Shown: positions 12,783 through 25,975, counted from the stretch's first letter. The stretch: 64,000 bases of DNA from Hemiscyllium ocellatum (GCF_020745735.1 NC_083432.1:32016533-32080532), one strand, 5' to 3'. Translations and numbers: made by a program. Notes: generated by a model from the sequence alone, not told the origin.

Positions 12783-13003
12783 GAGGAGAAAATGAGGACT
12801 GCAGATGCTGGAGATCACAGCTGAAAATATGTTGCTGGAAAAGCGCAGCAGGTCAGGCAGCATCCAAAGAGCAGGAGAATGGACGTTTCAGGCATGAGCC
12901 CTTCTTCAGGAATCCTGAAGAAGGGCTCATGGCTGAAACGTCGATTCTCCTGCACTTTGGATGCTGCCTGACTGCTGCGCTTTTCCAGCAACACATTTTC
13001 AGC
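12783..13003. mobile_element. Fold-back element built from inverted Penelope terminal repeats
   Basis: Arms 12820-12911 / 12913-13003. 16-bp TSD catattcaaaattcac (12767-12782 / 13004-13019). Confidence 0.88.
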
Positions 13004-13159
13004 CATATTCAAAATTCACCCAATTTCAGACTACACCCTGCCCTTACTTTCATCAGGTGTAGTCTAATAATGCTATGTCTGTCACAATTGAAGAAATGAT
13101 TGTTCAATAATGCTAATGTGTTGTCTTTCTGATTATATAATTAAACAATTAAACACTGT

Positions 13160-13500
13160 GGGGTGACAGTGGCTCAGTGGTTAGCACTGCAGCTTCACAG
13201 CACCAGAGACCCGGGTTCGATTCCAGTCTTGGGCAGCTGTCTTTGTGGAGTCTATACATTCTCCCCATATCTTTGTGGATTTTCCCTGAGTGCTCCAGTT
13301 TCTTCTCACAATCCAAAGATGTGCAGGTTAGGTGAATTGGCCGTGCTAAATTGCCCATTGTGTACAGGGATGTTTAAGGTCAGGTTCATTAGTCAGGGGT
13401 AAATATAGGGTAAAGGAATGGGTCTGGAAAGGTTACTCTTTGGAGGGTTAGTGTGGGCTTGTTAGGTTGAAGAGCCTGTTTTCCACACTGTAGGGAGTCC
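13160..13500 (+). mobile_element. HE1-type SINE, specific to copy 1
   Basis: gtggctcagtggttagcactgc...gggttcgattcc. Empty site near 38535. Confidence 0.88.
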
Positions 13501-13504
13501 ATGT

Positions 13505-14602
13505 TTAATTACAATGCTATTAGGCAGGAACTGTGCAGCATAAGCTGTAAACAGATATTCTCAAGGAAATGCACGACAGAGATGTGGAGGTTATTGAGGG
13601 AACACTTGCTGCAAATGCTGGATAGGTTTGTCCCACTGAGGCAAGGAGGAGATGGTAGAGTGAAGGAACCTTGGGTGACAAGAGACGTGGAATATCTAGT
13701 CAAGAGGAAGAAGGAAGTTTACTTAAGGTTGATGAAGCAAGGATCAGACAGGGCTCTAGAGATTTACCATGTGGCCAGGAAGGAACTGAAGAATGGACTG
13801 AGGAGAAGTAGAAGACAGCATGAAAAAGCCTTGGCTGGTAGGATTAGAGAAAACCTCAAGGCATTCAAAACTTATGTGAGGAACAAATGGATGCCCAGAG
13901 TAAGGTTAGGTCTAATCAAAGATACTGGAGGGAACTTGTGCATGGAGTGGGAGGATGTAGGGAAGGTCCTTAGTGAATACTTTGCTTCAGTATTCTTTCG
14001 TGAGAGGGATCATGCCCTTAATGAGGACAGTGTGAAACAGACTGAAATGCTCAAACAGGTTGATCTTAAGAAGAAGAATGAGCTGGAAATGTTGAAAATC
14101 TTCAGGATAGAGAAATGGGATATATCCAGGTTATTATGGGAAGTGAGGGAAGATATTGTTGCGCATTTGGTGATGATCTTTGCATCCTCACTCTCCACTG
14201 GATTTGTACCAGATGATCGGAGGAAGGCAAATGTTGTTCCTTTGCTCAAGAAAAGGAATAGGGCTAACCCTGGGAATCACTGTCTCACACCAGTTTTGGG
14301 CAAATTATTAAAGAGGATGCTGAGAGACAAGATTTATGATTATTTGAAAAACATAGTTTGATTAGACATTCTCAACAGGTCTTTATGAGGGGCAGGTCAT
14401 TCCTCAGAAGCCTTATTGAATTTTTTGAAGATATGATAAACATATTGATGAAGGTAGAGCAGTGGATGTGGTGTATGTGGATTTTAGCAAAGCGTTTGAT
14501 AAGATTCCCATTTGGTAGGCTCATTCAGAAACTAAGGGCGCATGAGAGAAAGGGAAATCTAGCTGTCTGGATACAGAATTGGCTTGTTCATAGAAGACAG
14601 AC
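13505..14602 (+). mobile_element. CR1-type LINE fragment (ORF2), 3' part deleted
   Basis: ORFs 13501-14361 and 14358-14693 have CR1 ORF2 motifs (KEPWVT, EYFASVF, ANVVPLLKK). Same insertion as 38545-40660. Confidence 0.88.
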
Positions 14603-15175
14603 GTTGGAAAATATTCCACACATGTCCTCTACTTATCTGTTACTCTCAATGTGGTCTCCTCTACATTGTGGAGACAGGATGTCAACTTGCTGAATATTTC
14701 AGAGAACATCTTGAGGACACATGCACTAAACAACTCCACCGTCCTGTGGCCAAACACTTTAACTCCCCTTCCCACTCCACCAAGGACATGTATGTCCTGA
14801 TCCTCCTCCACTGCAAATACTAGCCACCTGACACCTGGAGGAAGAATGCCTCATCTTCTGCCTTGGGACCCTCCAACTACACGGAATCATTGTGGATTTC
14901 ACCAGTTTCCCCATTGATCCTCCCCCCAACTTATCTCGGATCCAACATTCCAACTCAGCGCGCCCTCTTGAACTGTCCTACCTTCCCACCTCTCCCCTTC
15001 ACCCTCCTCTCCGACCCTATCACCTTCACCCGAACCTTCAAATACCTATCACATTCCCAGCCGCCTTTCCCCTCAGCCCCGACCCCCTCCCATTTATCCC
15101 TCAGCATCCTTCGGTCACCCCGTCATTCCTGATGACAAGCCTATGCTCGAAATGTTGACACTCCTGCTCCTTAGA
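14603..15175 (+). mobile_element. Penelope-like element fragment (GIY-YIG remnant + terminal repeat)
   Basis: CSQCGLLYIVET...FREH...PVAKHFNSPSHS; ends in cctgatga...gaaatgttgac. Confidence 0.85.
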
Positions 15176-15355
15176 TATTATAGCCTTTGGCAGGGAAGGA
15201 ATGATATTAAAGTGATTTAAAAAGATGTCTTTGTTTAAATATTAATTTGCAGATTGTAAAAACAGTGCGTGAGATTCTGATTTCGCTCTCTGTCCTTATC
15301 TCCATCCATTTGGCACTTCCTTATTGCTTTGCTGTCAATATTTGATTTCATCAGC

Positions 15356-15513
15356 ATGTTGCTCTTTCTATTTGTCATCGTTCTTTTTACTTCAAGTTAT
15401 TTCAGTCGATTTCTTTCTCACTGCAAGTGCAAATCCTTTCGATGGTGATGTCAGAAAATCCCCATAACCTTTGGTTGTGGAATGAGCTGCCAGGAACAAA
15501 ATCCTTAAGCAAG
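15356..15513 (+). pseudogene. Disabled duplicate of RETSAT-like exon 1
   Basis: Aligns to 41477-41633. It has a +1 frameshift in the first ~35 nt, and the ancestral frame carries CAA>TAA (15465-15467) and AGA>TGA (15483-15485). Donor AAG|GTACGT is intact. No duplicate of exon 2 follows. Confidence 0.9.
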
Positions 15514-16117
15514 GTACGTCATTTAACTTTGATTAGTATCTTCCATATCCACAAGAGCATGTAGGTTTGTGACACAGAATACAGAGCCTGAACAATAATA
15601 ATTTTGAGTTGCAATTGTGGCAGAACTAAGACATTTTAGTCGTTAAAAACTTCAAGTAATGATGCTTGGCTGGTTTGGCTGGTTCAATTGCTCATCAATA
15701 ACTTTGCCAGATTTGAATGAGAAATATATGGAATACAAAGCTGTCTGTAGCACACTAACAAGCATGGACGGAACTTAACTACTTTTAATTCTCATCGACA
15801 AATATGATGCAAAATGTGTGAAGTGGTCATTACATTTTTGTTTCAGCTGTCTTTATGCTTCAGTTGTGGCATGCATTGCCTGCTGTAGAATTGAGTCTAA
15901 CTCCCTTTAAAACCAGGAAGTCCAGGGTTTGGGATTGAGATTGAGATTGAGACCTCAGGCCAAATATATTCATGGAATGTGAGCATCTTTGGTGAGGCCA
16001 ACATGTATTACTCATCTCTAATTGCCCAGAGGGCAGTGAAGAGACAATAACTTTGGGTGGATCGTGAGTCACATGCAAGCCAGACCAATTCAGGACCACC
16101 TTTCCTTCCCTCAAGGA

Positions 16118-16962
16118 GCTGAAAATGTGTTGCTGAGAAAGCGCAGCAGGTCAGACAGCATCCAAGGAGCAGGGGAATCGACGTTTCGGGGCATGAGCCC
16201 TTCTTCAGGAATGAGGAGTGTGTGCCGAGCAGGCTAAGATCAAAGGTAGGGAGGAAGGACTTGGGGGAGGGGGATTGGAAGTGCGATAGGTGGCAGGAGG
16301 TTAAGGTGAGGGTGATAGGCCGGAGTGGCGGTGGGGGCGGAGAGGTCAGGAAGAAGATTGCAGTTTAGGAAGGTGCTGCTGAGTACGAGGTTGGGACTGA
16401 GACAAGGTGGGGGGAGGGGAAATGAGGAAACCGGAGAAATCTTGTGGTTGGAGGGTTCCTAGGCGGAAGATGAGGCGCTCTTCCTCCAGCCGTCGTGTTG
16501 CTATGGTCTGGCGATGGAGGAGTCCAAGGACCTGCATGTCCTTGGTGGAGTACGAGGGGGAGTTGAAGTGTTGAGCCACGGGGTGGTGGGTTGGTTGGTT
16601 GGGTGTCCCAGAGGTGTTCTCTGAAACGTTCCGCAAGTAAGCGACCTGTCTCCACAATATAGAGGAGGCCACATTGGGTGCAGCAGATGCAGTACATGAT
16701 GTGTGTAGAGGTGCAGGTGAATTTGTGGCGGATACAGAAGGATCCCTTGGGGCTTTGGAGGGAAGTGTTGGGGAGGTGTGGGCGCAAGTTTTGCATTTCT
16801 CGCTGTTGCATGGAAGGTGCCAGGAGTGGAGATTGGGTTGGTGGGGGGTGTGGACCTGACACGGGAGTCACGGACAGAGTGGTCTTTCTGGAACACTGAT
16901 AGTTGAGGGTAGGGAAATATATCCTTGGTGGTGGGGTCTGTTTGGAGGTGGTGGAAATGACG
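16118..16962 (-). mobile_element. Penelope-like element fragment (GIY-YIG remnant + terminal repeat)
   Basis: MYCICCTQCGLLYIVETGRLLAERFREH and RRLEEERLIFRLGTLQP. Terminal repeat at 16118-16210. Confidence 0.88.
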
Positions 16963-17069
16963 ACAATCAGTACCTACAACAAATCCGAAGCGTCCAATCA
17001 CAGACCTCCCTCCGTATCCTCCACTCCACGCTTGCAGCCATGCATTCCCTGCACTCCCTACCTACATTC

Positions 17070-20000
17070 CATAAACCTATGCCCTCTAGTTCTGCAGTCT
17101 CCGATCCCAGGGAAAAGACTTTGTCGATTTACCCTATCCATGCCGCTCATAATTTTGTAAACCTCGATAAGGTCACCCCTCAGCCTCCGACACTCCAGGG
17201 AAAACAGCCCCAGCCTGTTCAGCCTCTCCCTGTAGCTCAAATCCTCCAACCCTGGCAACATCCTTGTAAATCTTTTCTGAACCCTTTCAAGTTTCACAAC
17301 ATCTTTCCAAGAGGGAGGAGACAGAATTGCATGCAATATTCCAACAGTGGCCTAGCCAATGTCCTGTACAGCCACAACATAACCTCCCATCTCCTGTACT
17401 CAATACTCTGACCAATATAGGAAAGCATATCAAACGCCTTCTTCACTGTCCTACCTACCTGCGACTCCACTTTCAAGGAGATATGAACCTGCACTCCAAG
17501 GTCTCTTTGTTCAGCAACACTCCCGAGGACCTTACAAATCCTGCTAAGATTTGCTTTCCCAAAATGCAGCATCTGCAATCTTACTAACTGTACCTCTTAT
17601 GCTCGCATTCAAATCATTTACGTAAATGACAAAAAGTAGAGGATCCAGCACCAATCCTTGTGGCACACCACTGGTCACAGGCCTCCAGTCTGAAAAACAA
17701 CACTCCACCACCACCCTCTGTCTTCTACCTTTGAGCCAGTTCTGTATCCAAATGGCTCGTTCTCCCTTTATTCTATGAGATCTAACTTTGCTAATCAGTC
17801 TCCCATGGGGAACCTTGTCAAACGCCTTACTGAAGTCCATATAGATCACATCTACTGCTCTGCTTTCATCAATCTCCTTTGATACTTGTTCAAAAAACTC
17901 AATCAAGTTTGTGAGACATGATTTCCCAAGCACAAAGCCATGTTGATTATCCCTAATCAGTCCTTGCCTTTCCAAATACATGTACATCCTGACCCTTAGG
18001 ATTCCCTCCAACAACTTGCCCACCACTGTGGTCAGGCTCACCGATCTATAGTTCCTTGGCTTGTCTTTAGCGCACTTCTTAAACAGTGGCACTACATTTT
18101 CCAACCTTCAGCCTTTCTGCACCTCAGCTGTGACTATTGATAATACAAATATCTCAGCAAGAGGCCCAGCAATCACTTCTCTAGCTTCCCACAGAGCTTT
18201 CAGGTTCACCTGATCAGGTCCTGGGGATTTATCCTCCTTTAACCATTTGAAGACATCCAGCACTTCCTCCTCTGTAATCTGGACATTTTGCAAGACCTCA
18301 CCAGCTATTTCCCTACAGTCTATATCTTCCATATCCTTTTCCACAGTAAATACTGATGCAAAATATTCATTGAGTATCTCCCCCATTTTCTGTGGCTCCA
18401 CACAAAGGCCGCCTTGCTGATCTTTGAGGGGCCCTATTCTCTCCCTAGTTACACTTTTGTCCTTAATATATTTGTAAACACCCTTTGGATTCTACTTAAT
18501 TCTATTTGCCAAAGCTATCTCATGTCCCCTTTTTGCCCTCCTGATTTCCCTCTTAATTATACTCCTACTTCCTTTGTACTCTTCTAAGGTTTCACTCGAT
18601 CTATCCTGTCTATACCTGACATATGCTTCCTTCTTTTTCTTAACCAAACCCTCAATGTCTTTAGTCATCCAGCATTCCCTATACCTACCAACCTTCCCTT
18701 TCACCCTGACAGGAATATACTTCCTCTGGATTCTTGTTATCTCATTTCTGAAGGCTTCCCATTTTCCAGCCGTCCCTTTACTTGCGAACATCTGTCTCCA
18801 ATGAGCTTTTGAACGTTCTTGCCTAATACCATCAAAATTGGCCTTTTTCCAATTTAGAACTTTAACTTTTAGATCTAGTCTATCCTTTTCCATTACGATT
18901 TTAAAACGAATAGAATTATGGTCACTGGCCCCAAAGTGCTCCCCCACTGACACCTCAGTCACCTGCCCTGCCTTATTTCCCAAGAGTAGGTCAGGTTTTG
19001 CATCTTCTCTAGTAGGTACATCCACATACTGAATCAGAAAATTGTCTTGTACACACTTAAGAAATTCCTCTCCATCTAAACCTTTAACACTGGCAGTCCC
19101 AGTCGATGTTTGGAAAATTAAAATGCCTGACCATAATTATCCTATTATTCTTACAGATTGCTGAGATCTCCTTACAAGTTTGTTTCTCAATTTCCCTCTG
19201 ACTATTGGGGAGTCTATAATACAATCCCAATAAGGTGATCATCCCTTTCTTATTTCTCAGTTCCACCCAAATAACATCCCTGGAGGTATTTCCAGGAATA
19301 TCCTCCATCAGCACAGCTGTAATGCTATCCCTTATCAAAAATGCCACTCCGCCTCCTCTCTTGCCTCCCTTTCTATCCTTCCTGCAGCATTTGTATGCTG
19401 GAACATTAAGCTGCCAATCCTGCCCATCCCTGAGCCATGTTTCTGTAATTGCTATGATATCCCAGTCCCATGTTCCTAAACATGCCCTGAGTTCATCTGC
19501 CTTCCCTGTTAGGCCCCTTGCATTGAAATAAATGCAGTTTAATTTATTAGTTCTACCTTGGTCCTGACTGCCCTGACTGTTCGATTCACTTCTGTTCTCA
19601 ACTGTACTAGTCTCAGATTGATCTCTTTCCTTACTATCTCCCTGGGTCCCACACCCACCCCACCTTCCACCTTACTAGTTTAAATCCTCTCAAGAAGTTC
19701 TAGCAAATTTCCCTGCCAGTATATTAGTTCCCTTCCAATTTAGGTGCAATCCATCCTTCTTGTACAGGTCACTTCTACCCCAAAAGAGATTCCAATGATC
19801 CGAAAATGTGAATCCTTCTCCCATACACCAGCTCCTCAGCCATGCATTCAGCTGCTCTATCCTCCTATTCCTGATCTCACTAGCTTGTAGCACTGGGAGT
19901 AATCCAGATATTACTACCCTTGAGGACCTCCTTTTTTAATTTCTGCCTAACTCTCTGTGATCTCCCTTCAGAATCTCAACATTTTCCCTTCCTATATTGT

Positions 20001-21215
20001 TGGTTCCAATGTGGACAATGACCTCTTGCTGGCACCTCTCCCCCGTGAGAACATTCTGCACCCTCTCTGAGACACCCTTAATCCTGGCACCAGGGAAGCA
20101 ACACACCATTCTGCTTTTTCGCTGCTGGCCACAGAAATGTCTGTCTGTACCTTGGACTACAGAATCTCCTAACACAATTGATCTATTGGAAACTGACGAA
20201 CCCCTCATTGCATTAGAGCCAGTCTCAATACCAGAAACTTGGCTGTTCATGCTATGTTCCCCTGAGAATCCATCACCCCCTACATTTTCCAAACCAGCAT
20301 ACCTGTTTGAAATGGATATATCCACAAAAGACTCCTGCCCTAGGTGCCGACCTCTCTTACCCTTCCTGGAGTTAACCCATCTATATGACAGTATCTGAGA
20401 CTTTCCCCCCTTCCTATAACTGCCATCCATCACATTCCGTTGCTGTTGCAAATTCCTCATTGCTTCTATCTGTCTCTCCAACCGATCCACTCGATCTGAT
20501 AAGATTTGCATCCAACAGCATTTACGGCAGATATAATCCGTAGTAACCCTTAAACTCTCTTTAAAATCTCACATCTGACAAGAAATACATATCACTGCAA
20601 AGGCCATTTTTGCTCCTTCGCAATCTACAGACCGAGAAAATAACACCGTCCTATTCCTCTACAAAACACTGTCTACAAATATAAGCTACGGCTTATATTT
20701 TAAGTTTAATCAAGAGACTTATCTCCAAAAATATATAATCAAGAAAGAACCCACTGTACTCACTAATACAGCCTTTCTCTTGGACAGACTTAAAACAACA
20801 ATTAACTTATCTGATTCTGTATTGTGAACTTCGCCCAAAGTGGTTCCTCTAATATTAGTTGTGAATTTCACTGTTTGTTAATTTTCCTAGATGCACTCCG
20901 ATGTCCAGCGATACATGAATTCAAAAACAGCAAAGGCAGAAACTGTGCAGGTATTTTCTTTCTCTCTCTCTCTCTCTCTCCCTCTTGCACTGTCCTCACC
21001 AAGTGCTTCCTTTGTCTGCTCTTCTCCCTTTTAAAATGCTGTTGTTATGATTTTTTTTTCCAAAGTTCCAAAACAATGCAACAGCATATAAAACAGTAAT
21101 TGCTGCTCCTGGAATTTGAGGAAATCACCTCCAGCTCCTAAAATACCTCAAAAAAAGAAGCAGCTCTCACAGCCAGAAATTTTTCCCGTCTTCCATTTTG
21201 GATTACCCAGAATCC
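17070..21215 (-). mobile_element. CR1/HER1-type LINE, 5'-complete, degenerate
   Basis: ORF1 has a CxxC..CxxC finger (about 20510-20600) and an SGNH esterase (LGDSVV, FPGARI, VHIGTNN; 19936-20511). APE endonuclease fragments at 19084-19347 and 18492-19025. RT at 17544-18104 (YMDFSKAFDKVPHGRL, GVPQG). ORF2 C-terminus at 17058-17336. Absent from the paralogous copy. Confidence 0.92.
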
Positions 21216-22149
21216 TTGTCATCTGAAGCTAGACAAAGAGGTTCATTTAATGAAGAATTAAGAGGATTAGTAATGATGTGCAAGATCTCCATAATCTTTT
21301 TTCCATTATAGCCAAGTATAGCGTGCTACAATCTCTCACTCTAATTCTCCTACTTGACAAGCTCCAAAAATAACTGGAGGATGGCCTGAAGGGTCAGAAC
21401 CTCAGCAATGGCACACCATCCAGAGGGATTGATAAATCCAATCCAGGTTGTAGCTGTTTATTTTAATCTGTTTGCCAAAATATGGCCTGGGGGTCTGTAC
21501 CAAGAAGAAATTATTTTTTACTGTGGGCAGGAGGAATGTGACATCCTGACTTTGCATATCCAATCTTGCAGAAACTCACATGGTCTGCTGTGGGCTGTGT
21601 TTACTTTTCTGTGTTTCCACTGCAGCATTACCCCTGCCTCTCTCTTTCCAGTTACAATTCTATAAACTCAAGTCAGACGCATTTCCAACGTGAAGTTACT
21701 CTGTGGATTGAAAAGATCCTATTTGTTCTTGCACGGACCAACAGTACATTTGCTGAGTGCTCCTTTCTGCCTTACCTCTGTAACTTCTGTCACAGTTTTC
21801 TTACGGTGACACAGATTCCTACTGTTCCTAACTGTGTACTCTGCCTTGAGCCTTTTCCCTGCACTTTCTTCAACTTCTATGCTGATTTAGCCATTCTGCA
21901 GGTCAGTGCCTAGGTCTCCCTCCAAGTTTATTGATAGACACGCCCTGTCACTACTGAGCTTACCCATCTCTGGGATGGGTACATGGTTTATTGCCTCCAT
22001 ATTTCAATTGGGACTTTTACTCTAGTTCTGTGGGTCCAATTATCATTGCCACTGTGTAGCAATCTGAGAGCTACATTCCTGTGAGTGAACAGCAGCAGAC
22101 TATATTGAACATAACTCAATACAGACCAAGCATCCAATTCCTTGAAGTC

Positions 22150-22482
22150 ACTGTGTGGCATAGCTCAAAATCACCATCAAGTCTGCACTCACTCTTCAAA
22201 GAGCTTCCCACCCAGACCCAAGCCCCTACCCCCATAACCCCACATTTACTATGGCTAACCCACCTAGTTAAACATCCCTGGACACCAAGTGGCAAATTCG
22301 CCTGACAATCTATCTACCCTGAACACCTTTGGGCTGCGAGAAGCAACCAAAGGAGGAAATCCCATACAGACACAGGGAGAACGTTGTAAATTCCACCCAG
22401 GCATTCACCCAAGGTTGGAATCAAATCCAGGTCCCTGGTGCTATGAGGCGGCAGTGATAACCACTGAGCCACCATGTCACCC
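22150..22482 (-). mobile_element. Old HE1-type SINE shared with 44112-44456
   Basis: Same position in both old paralogs, so it predates the duplication. Confidence 0.8.
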
Positions 22483-23244
22483 TGGAAACTAGGTACAGGT
22501 TCTCGATACAATTCAGAACTTTTAAAACGGTTTTCCTGCCTACAGTTAACACCATTTTGCAATTTTGAAATCAGGCAACGGCTAATCTTTATTGTCAAAT
22601 TTTGGAACTTGACCTGGAGTAACATTCAATACTGCACTCTCTCACCTCAGATAGGAAATCCATTATAACAAATGCACAATTAAAATTATGTTTCCTGTTC
22701 CAGTCCATTTTAACTATGGGATCATTCTGATTTATGTTAAGAGTTTCATATGTCATTTATAAATTATTGAATTAAAAAAGAAACTATGTCCCAATTTTTT
22801 TCCCTGTATTTCTTGAATGCTTCCTATTGCTGGATAGCTTCATGCCCAGAGATATGTATTTCTACTTTGGATTGAAAGAGGTGGAGAAATGCTCTCAATC
22901 ATGTTCCTCAATTCAAAGATTCTAAGACCCTTTAATTGGATCCTGTGGCCAATTGAAATTATGGCTGAGTGAAACGGTTACAGAACTAGAAATTCATCGG
23001 CCTGAACCAATGTTTGAGTCTTGAGTTAAATTGTTTAAACTCCATGTTTTTTAGAATTGTAGAGATTCATTTTCTTTATAATTCTCTAATCTTTAACAAA
23101 AGAACGACTTTCTGCTAGTAGGCCTTTGCTCCATGCTAACTTTGCTCAATGTGTTTCTCTTTCCTACTTTGATTTCACACTTGCTCAGCTTTTTATTTTG
23201 GTGATTACAAACTGGAAATCTGAAACAAACACGGAGTTTGCTGG

Positions 23245-25975
23245 AGACATTCCCTAGTCTGGAAATATTTGTGGAGAAAGAAAGTGGGTTAATGGACAGA
23301 GTGGGGGGTTCAGTTATCGGGGAAATTACAAAACTCAAAATAAAGGAGGTGGGACGAGTACTTTACTCTGGAGAGGTTATTAAAATCTACAGCACAGACG
23401 TAAATAGTTCAGTGTGTTTGGAAAGGGTTAACGATCAAACTTCAAGCACACTGGACAAACGAATGACAATGAGAAGAGGGATGATTAATGTAGGATTGAA
23501 GGTTTTATATCTGAATGAACACAGTATAAGGAGCTGGTGGCACAGCATGAAATTGGCAGGTATGACGTGATGGGCGTCATGGAGGCATGGCTGCAAGGGA
23601 ATCAGGACTGGGAGCTGAATACTCAAGGAAATACATCCTAACAAAAAGATAGGCAGGTGGGCAGAGGGTGGGGTTGCCTTATTAGTAAGAAATGAAAGTA
23701 AATCAATAGTAAGAAACTAAGGAGGGTCGGATGGTATAGACTTTTTCTGGGTAGAATTGAGGAACTGCAAAAGTTGAAAAACCATACTTGGAGTTATGTA
23801 CAGGCCTCCAAAATGTAGTCAGGAGCTGGGGCACAAGATATACCCAGAGATAGAAAAGATGTGCAGGAAAGGCAAAGTTACAGTGATCATGGGCGGTTTC
23901 AATATGCAGGTGGACTAGGAAAACCAGGTTGGCAACGGATTGCAAGAAAAGGAATTTGTGCAATGTCTACAAGATGACTTTTTGGAGCAGCTTGTGGTGG
24001 AGCCCACTAGGGAACAGGCAATACTGGATTTAGTGTTGTGCAGTGAGGCAGACTTGATAAGGAAACTTCAAGTGAAGGAACCTAGAGGAGGCAGTGATAA
24101 TTATATGATTGAAATTACTCTACAATTTGAGAGGAAGAAGATATAATCAGAGGTAATCGTATTCTAGCTGAATAAAGGCAAACAGAGCCACAAGGGAGGA
24201 GCTGGGTAGAATTGACTGGGAGAGAGCCAAACAGGAACCACAGCGGAACAGCAATGGGAGGAGTTTCTGGGAGTAATTCAGTAGACACAACTGAGATTCA
24301 TCCGAAGAAAAAAGAAGCATGGTACAGAGAAGATGTGGCAACTATAGCTGACTAGGGAAGTCAGGCATAGCATAAATGCAAAAGAGAAAGCATATCATAT
24401 GGTGAAGGGCAATAAGAAACCAAAGGATTGGGAAGGCTATAAAGACCAACAGAGGACATCAACAAAAAAGGAGGGAGAAGATTAAATGAGGGTAAGTCAA
24501 CCAGTAATATAAAGGAAGACTGTAGAAATATACGGGGCAAAAGAGACGCACAAGTGACTATTGGGCCACTGGAGAATGATGCTGGAGAGGTAGTAGTAGG
24601 GAATAAGGAAATGGCTGGGGAACTGAATAATTACTTCATGTCAGTCTTCACATAAGTAATATGCCAAAAATTCAAGAGAGTGAGGGGGCAGAGATGATTG
24701 AGGTGCCCATCACCAAGGAGAAGGTGCTGGTAAAACTGACTGGCCTGAAGATGGATAAATCACCTGGACCAGATGATCTAGGTAATTCTCTGAAGAAGTA
24801 ACGAGCAGATTAGACCGAGGAGAGCAAATGGATGTTATCTACCTGGATTTAAAGAAGACCTTTAACAAGGTCTTGCACAGGAGGTTACTGAGTAGAATAA
24901 GAGCCCATGGTGTCAGAGGTAAGGAGTTAGCATGGATAGAAGTCGAGTTGTCTGGCAGAAAGCAGAGAGTGCGGATAAAAGGGTCCTTCTCAGGGTGGCA
25001 ATCGATGACAAGTAGTGTTCTGCAAGGCTTAGTTTTGGGACTATTACTTTTACCTTTATACATTAACAATCTAAATGAAGGAAGCGAAGGCATTCTGGCT
25101 CAGTTTGCAGATGAGACAAAGATAGATAGAGGGACAGGTAGCATTGAGCAGGCAAGGAGGCTGCAGAATGATTTGGAAAGGTTAGGAGAGTGGACAAAGA
25201 AGTGGCAGATGGAGTACAATGTGGGAAAGTGTGAGGTCATGCACTTTGCTTGGAAGAATAGAGGTGTGGACTATTTTTTAATTGGGGAGAAAATTCAGAA
25301 GTTTGAACTGCAAACAAACTTGGGAGCTTTAGTCCAGGATTTTCTCAAGGTTGAGTCAGTAGTTAGGAAGGCAAATGCAATGATGGCATTTATTTAGAAC
25401 GGACATGAATAAAAAAGCAGGTCAAGCCACATTTGGAGTATTGTGCTCAATTTTGAACCACATGTCTCAGGAAGGATATACTGGCCCTGGAGTGTTCAGA
25501 GGAGGTTCACGGGAATTGTCCCAGGAATTAGATTACTTACACTGTGGAAACAGGAAAAACTTTTTATATGAGGACTATTTGAGGATTCTGGATCTGTTCT
25601 CAATGGAGTTTAGAAGGAAGAGTGGAGATCTAATTAAAACTTACAGAATACTGAATGGCCTGGACAGAGTGGACGTTGAGTAGATGTTTCCATTGATAGG
25701 AGAGACGAGGACATGAGGGCACAGTCTTAGAGTAAAGGGAAGACTTTTTAGAATGGAGATAAGGAGAAACTTCTTCAGCCAGAGAGTGGGAATCTGTGGA
25801 ATTCTTTGCCACAGAAGGTCTTCAGACTGAAATAGATAGATTTTGGATTGTAAAGGAAGGATCAAGGGTTATGGAGAGAAAGTGGGAGAATTGGTTTGAG
25901 AAACCTATCAGCCATGATTGAATGGCAGAGCAGATTCGTTGGGCTGAATGGCCTAATTTCTTCTCCTATGTGTTA
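23245..25975 (+). mobile_element. CR1-type LINE (EN to RT to 3' tail), degenerate
   Basis: EPTREQAILDLVL (23940-24146), RT MDVIYLDLKKTFNKV...GKCEVMHF (24828-25397), 3' tail gggctgaatggcctaatttc...cctatg. Confidence 0.9.

Larger units (their letters stand above)
10250..23093 (+). repeat. Segmental duplication, old layer, copy 1 (pairs with about 37010-45646)
   Basis: Collinear homology blocks (e.g. 10380/37140, 12420/38050, 15180/41272, 21230/43120, 22680/45235, 23070/45625) with many substitutions and copy-specific transposon insertions. Confidence 0.92.

Noticed and set aside
13501-14361. 286-aa ORF as a host gene or active LINE
   Set aside because: Internal CR1 ORF2 fragment with deletions and a downstream frameshift; the paralogous copy is broken.
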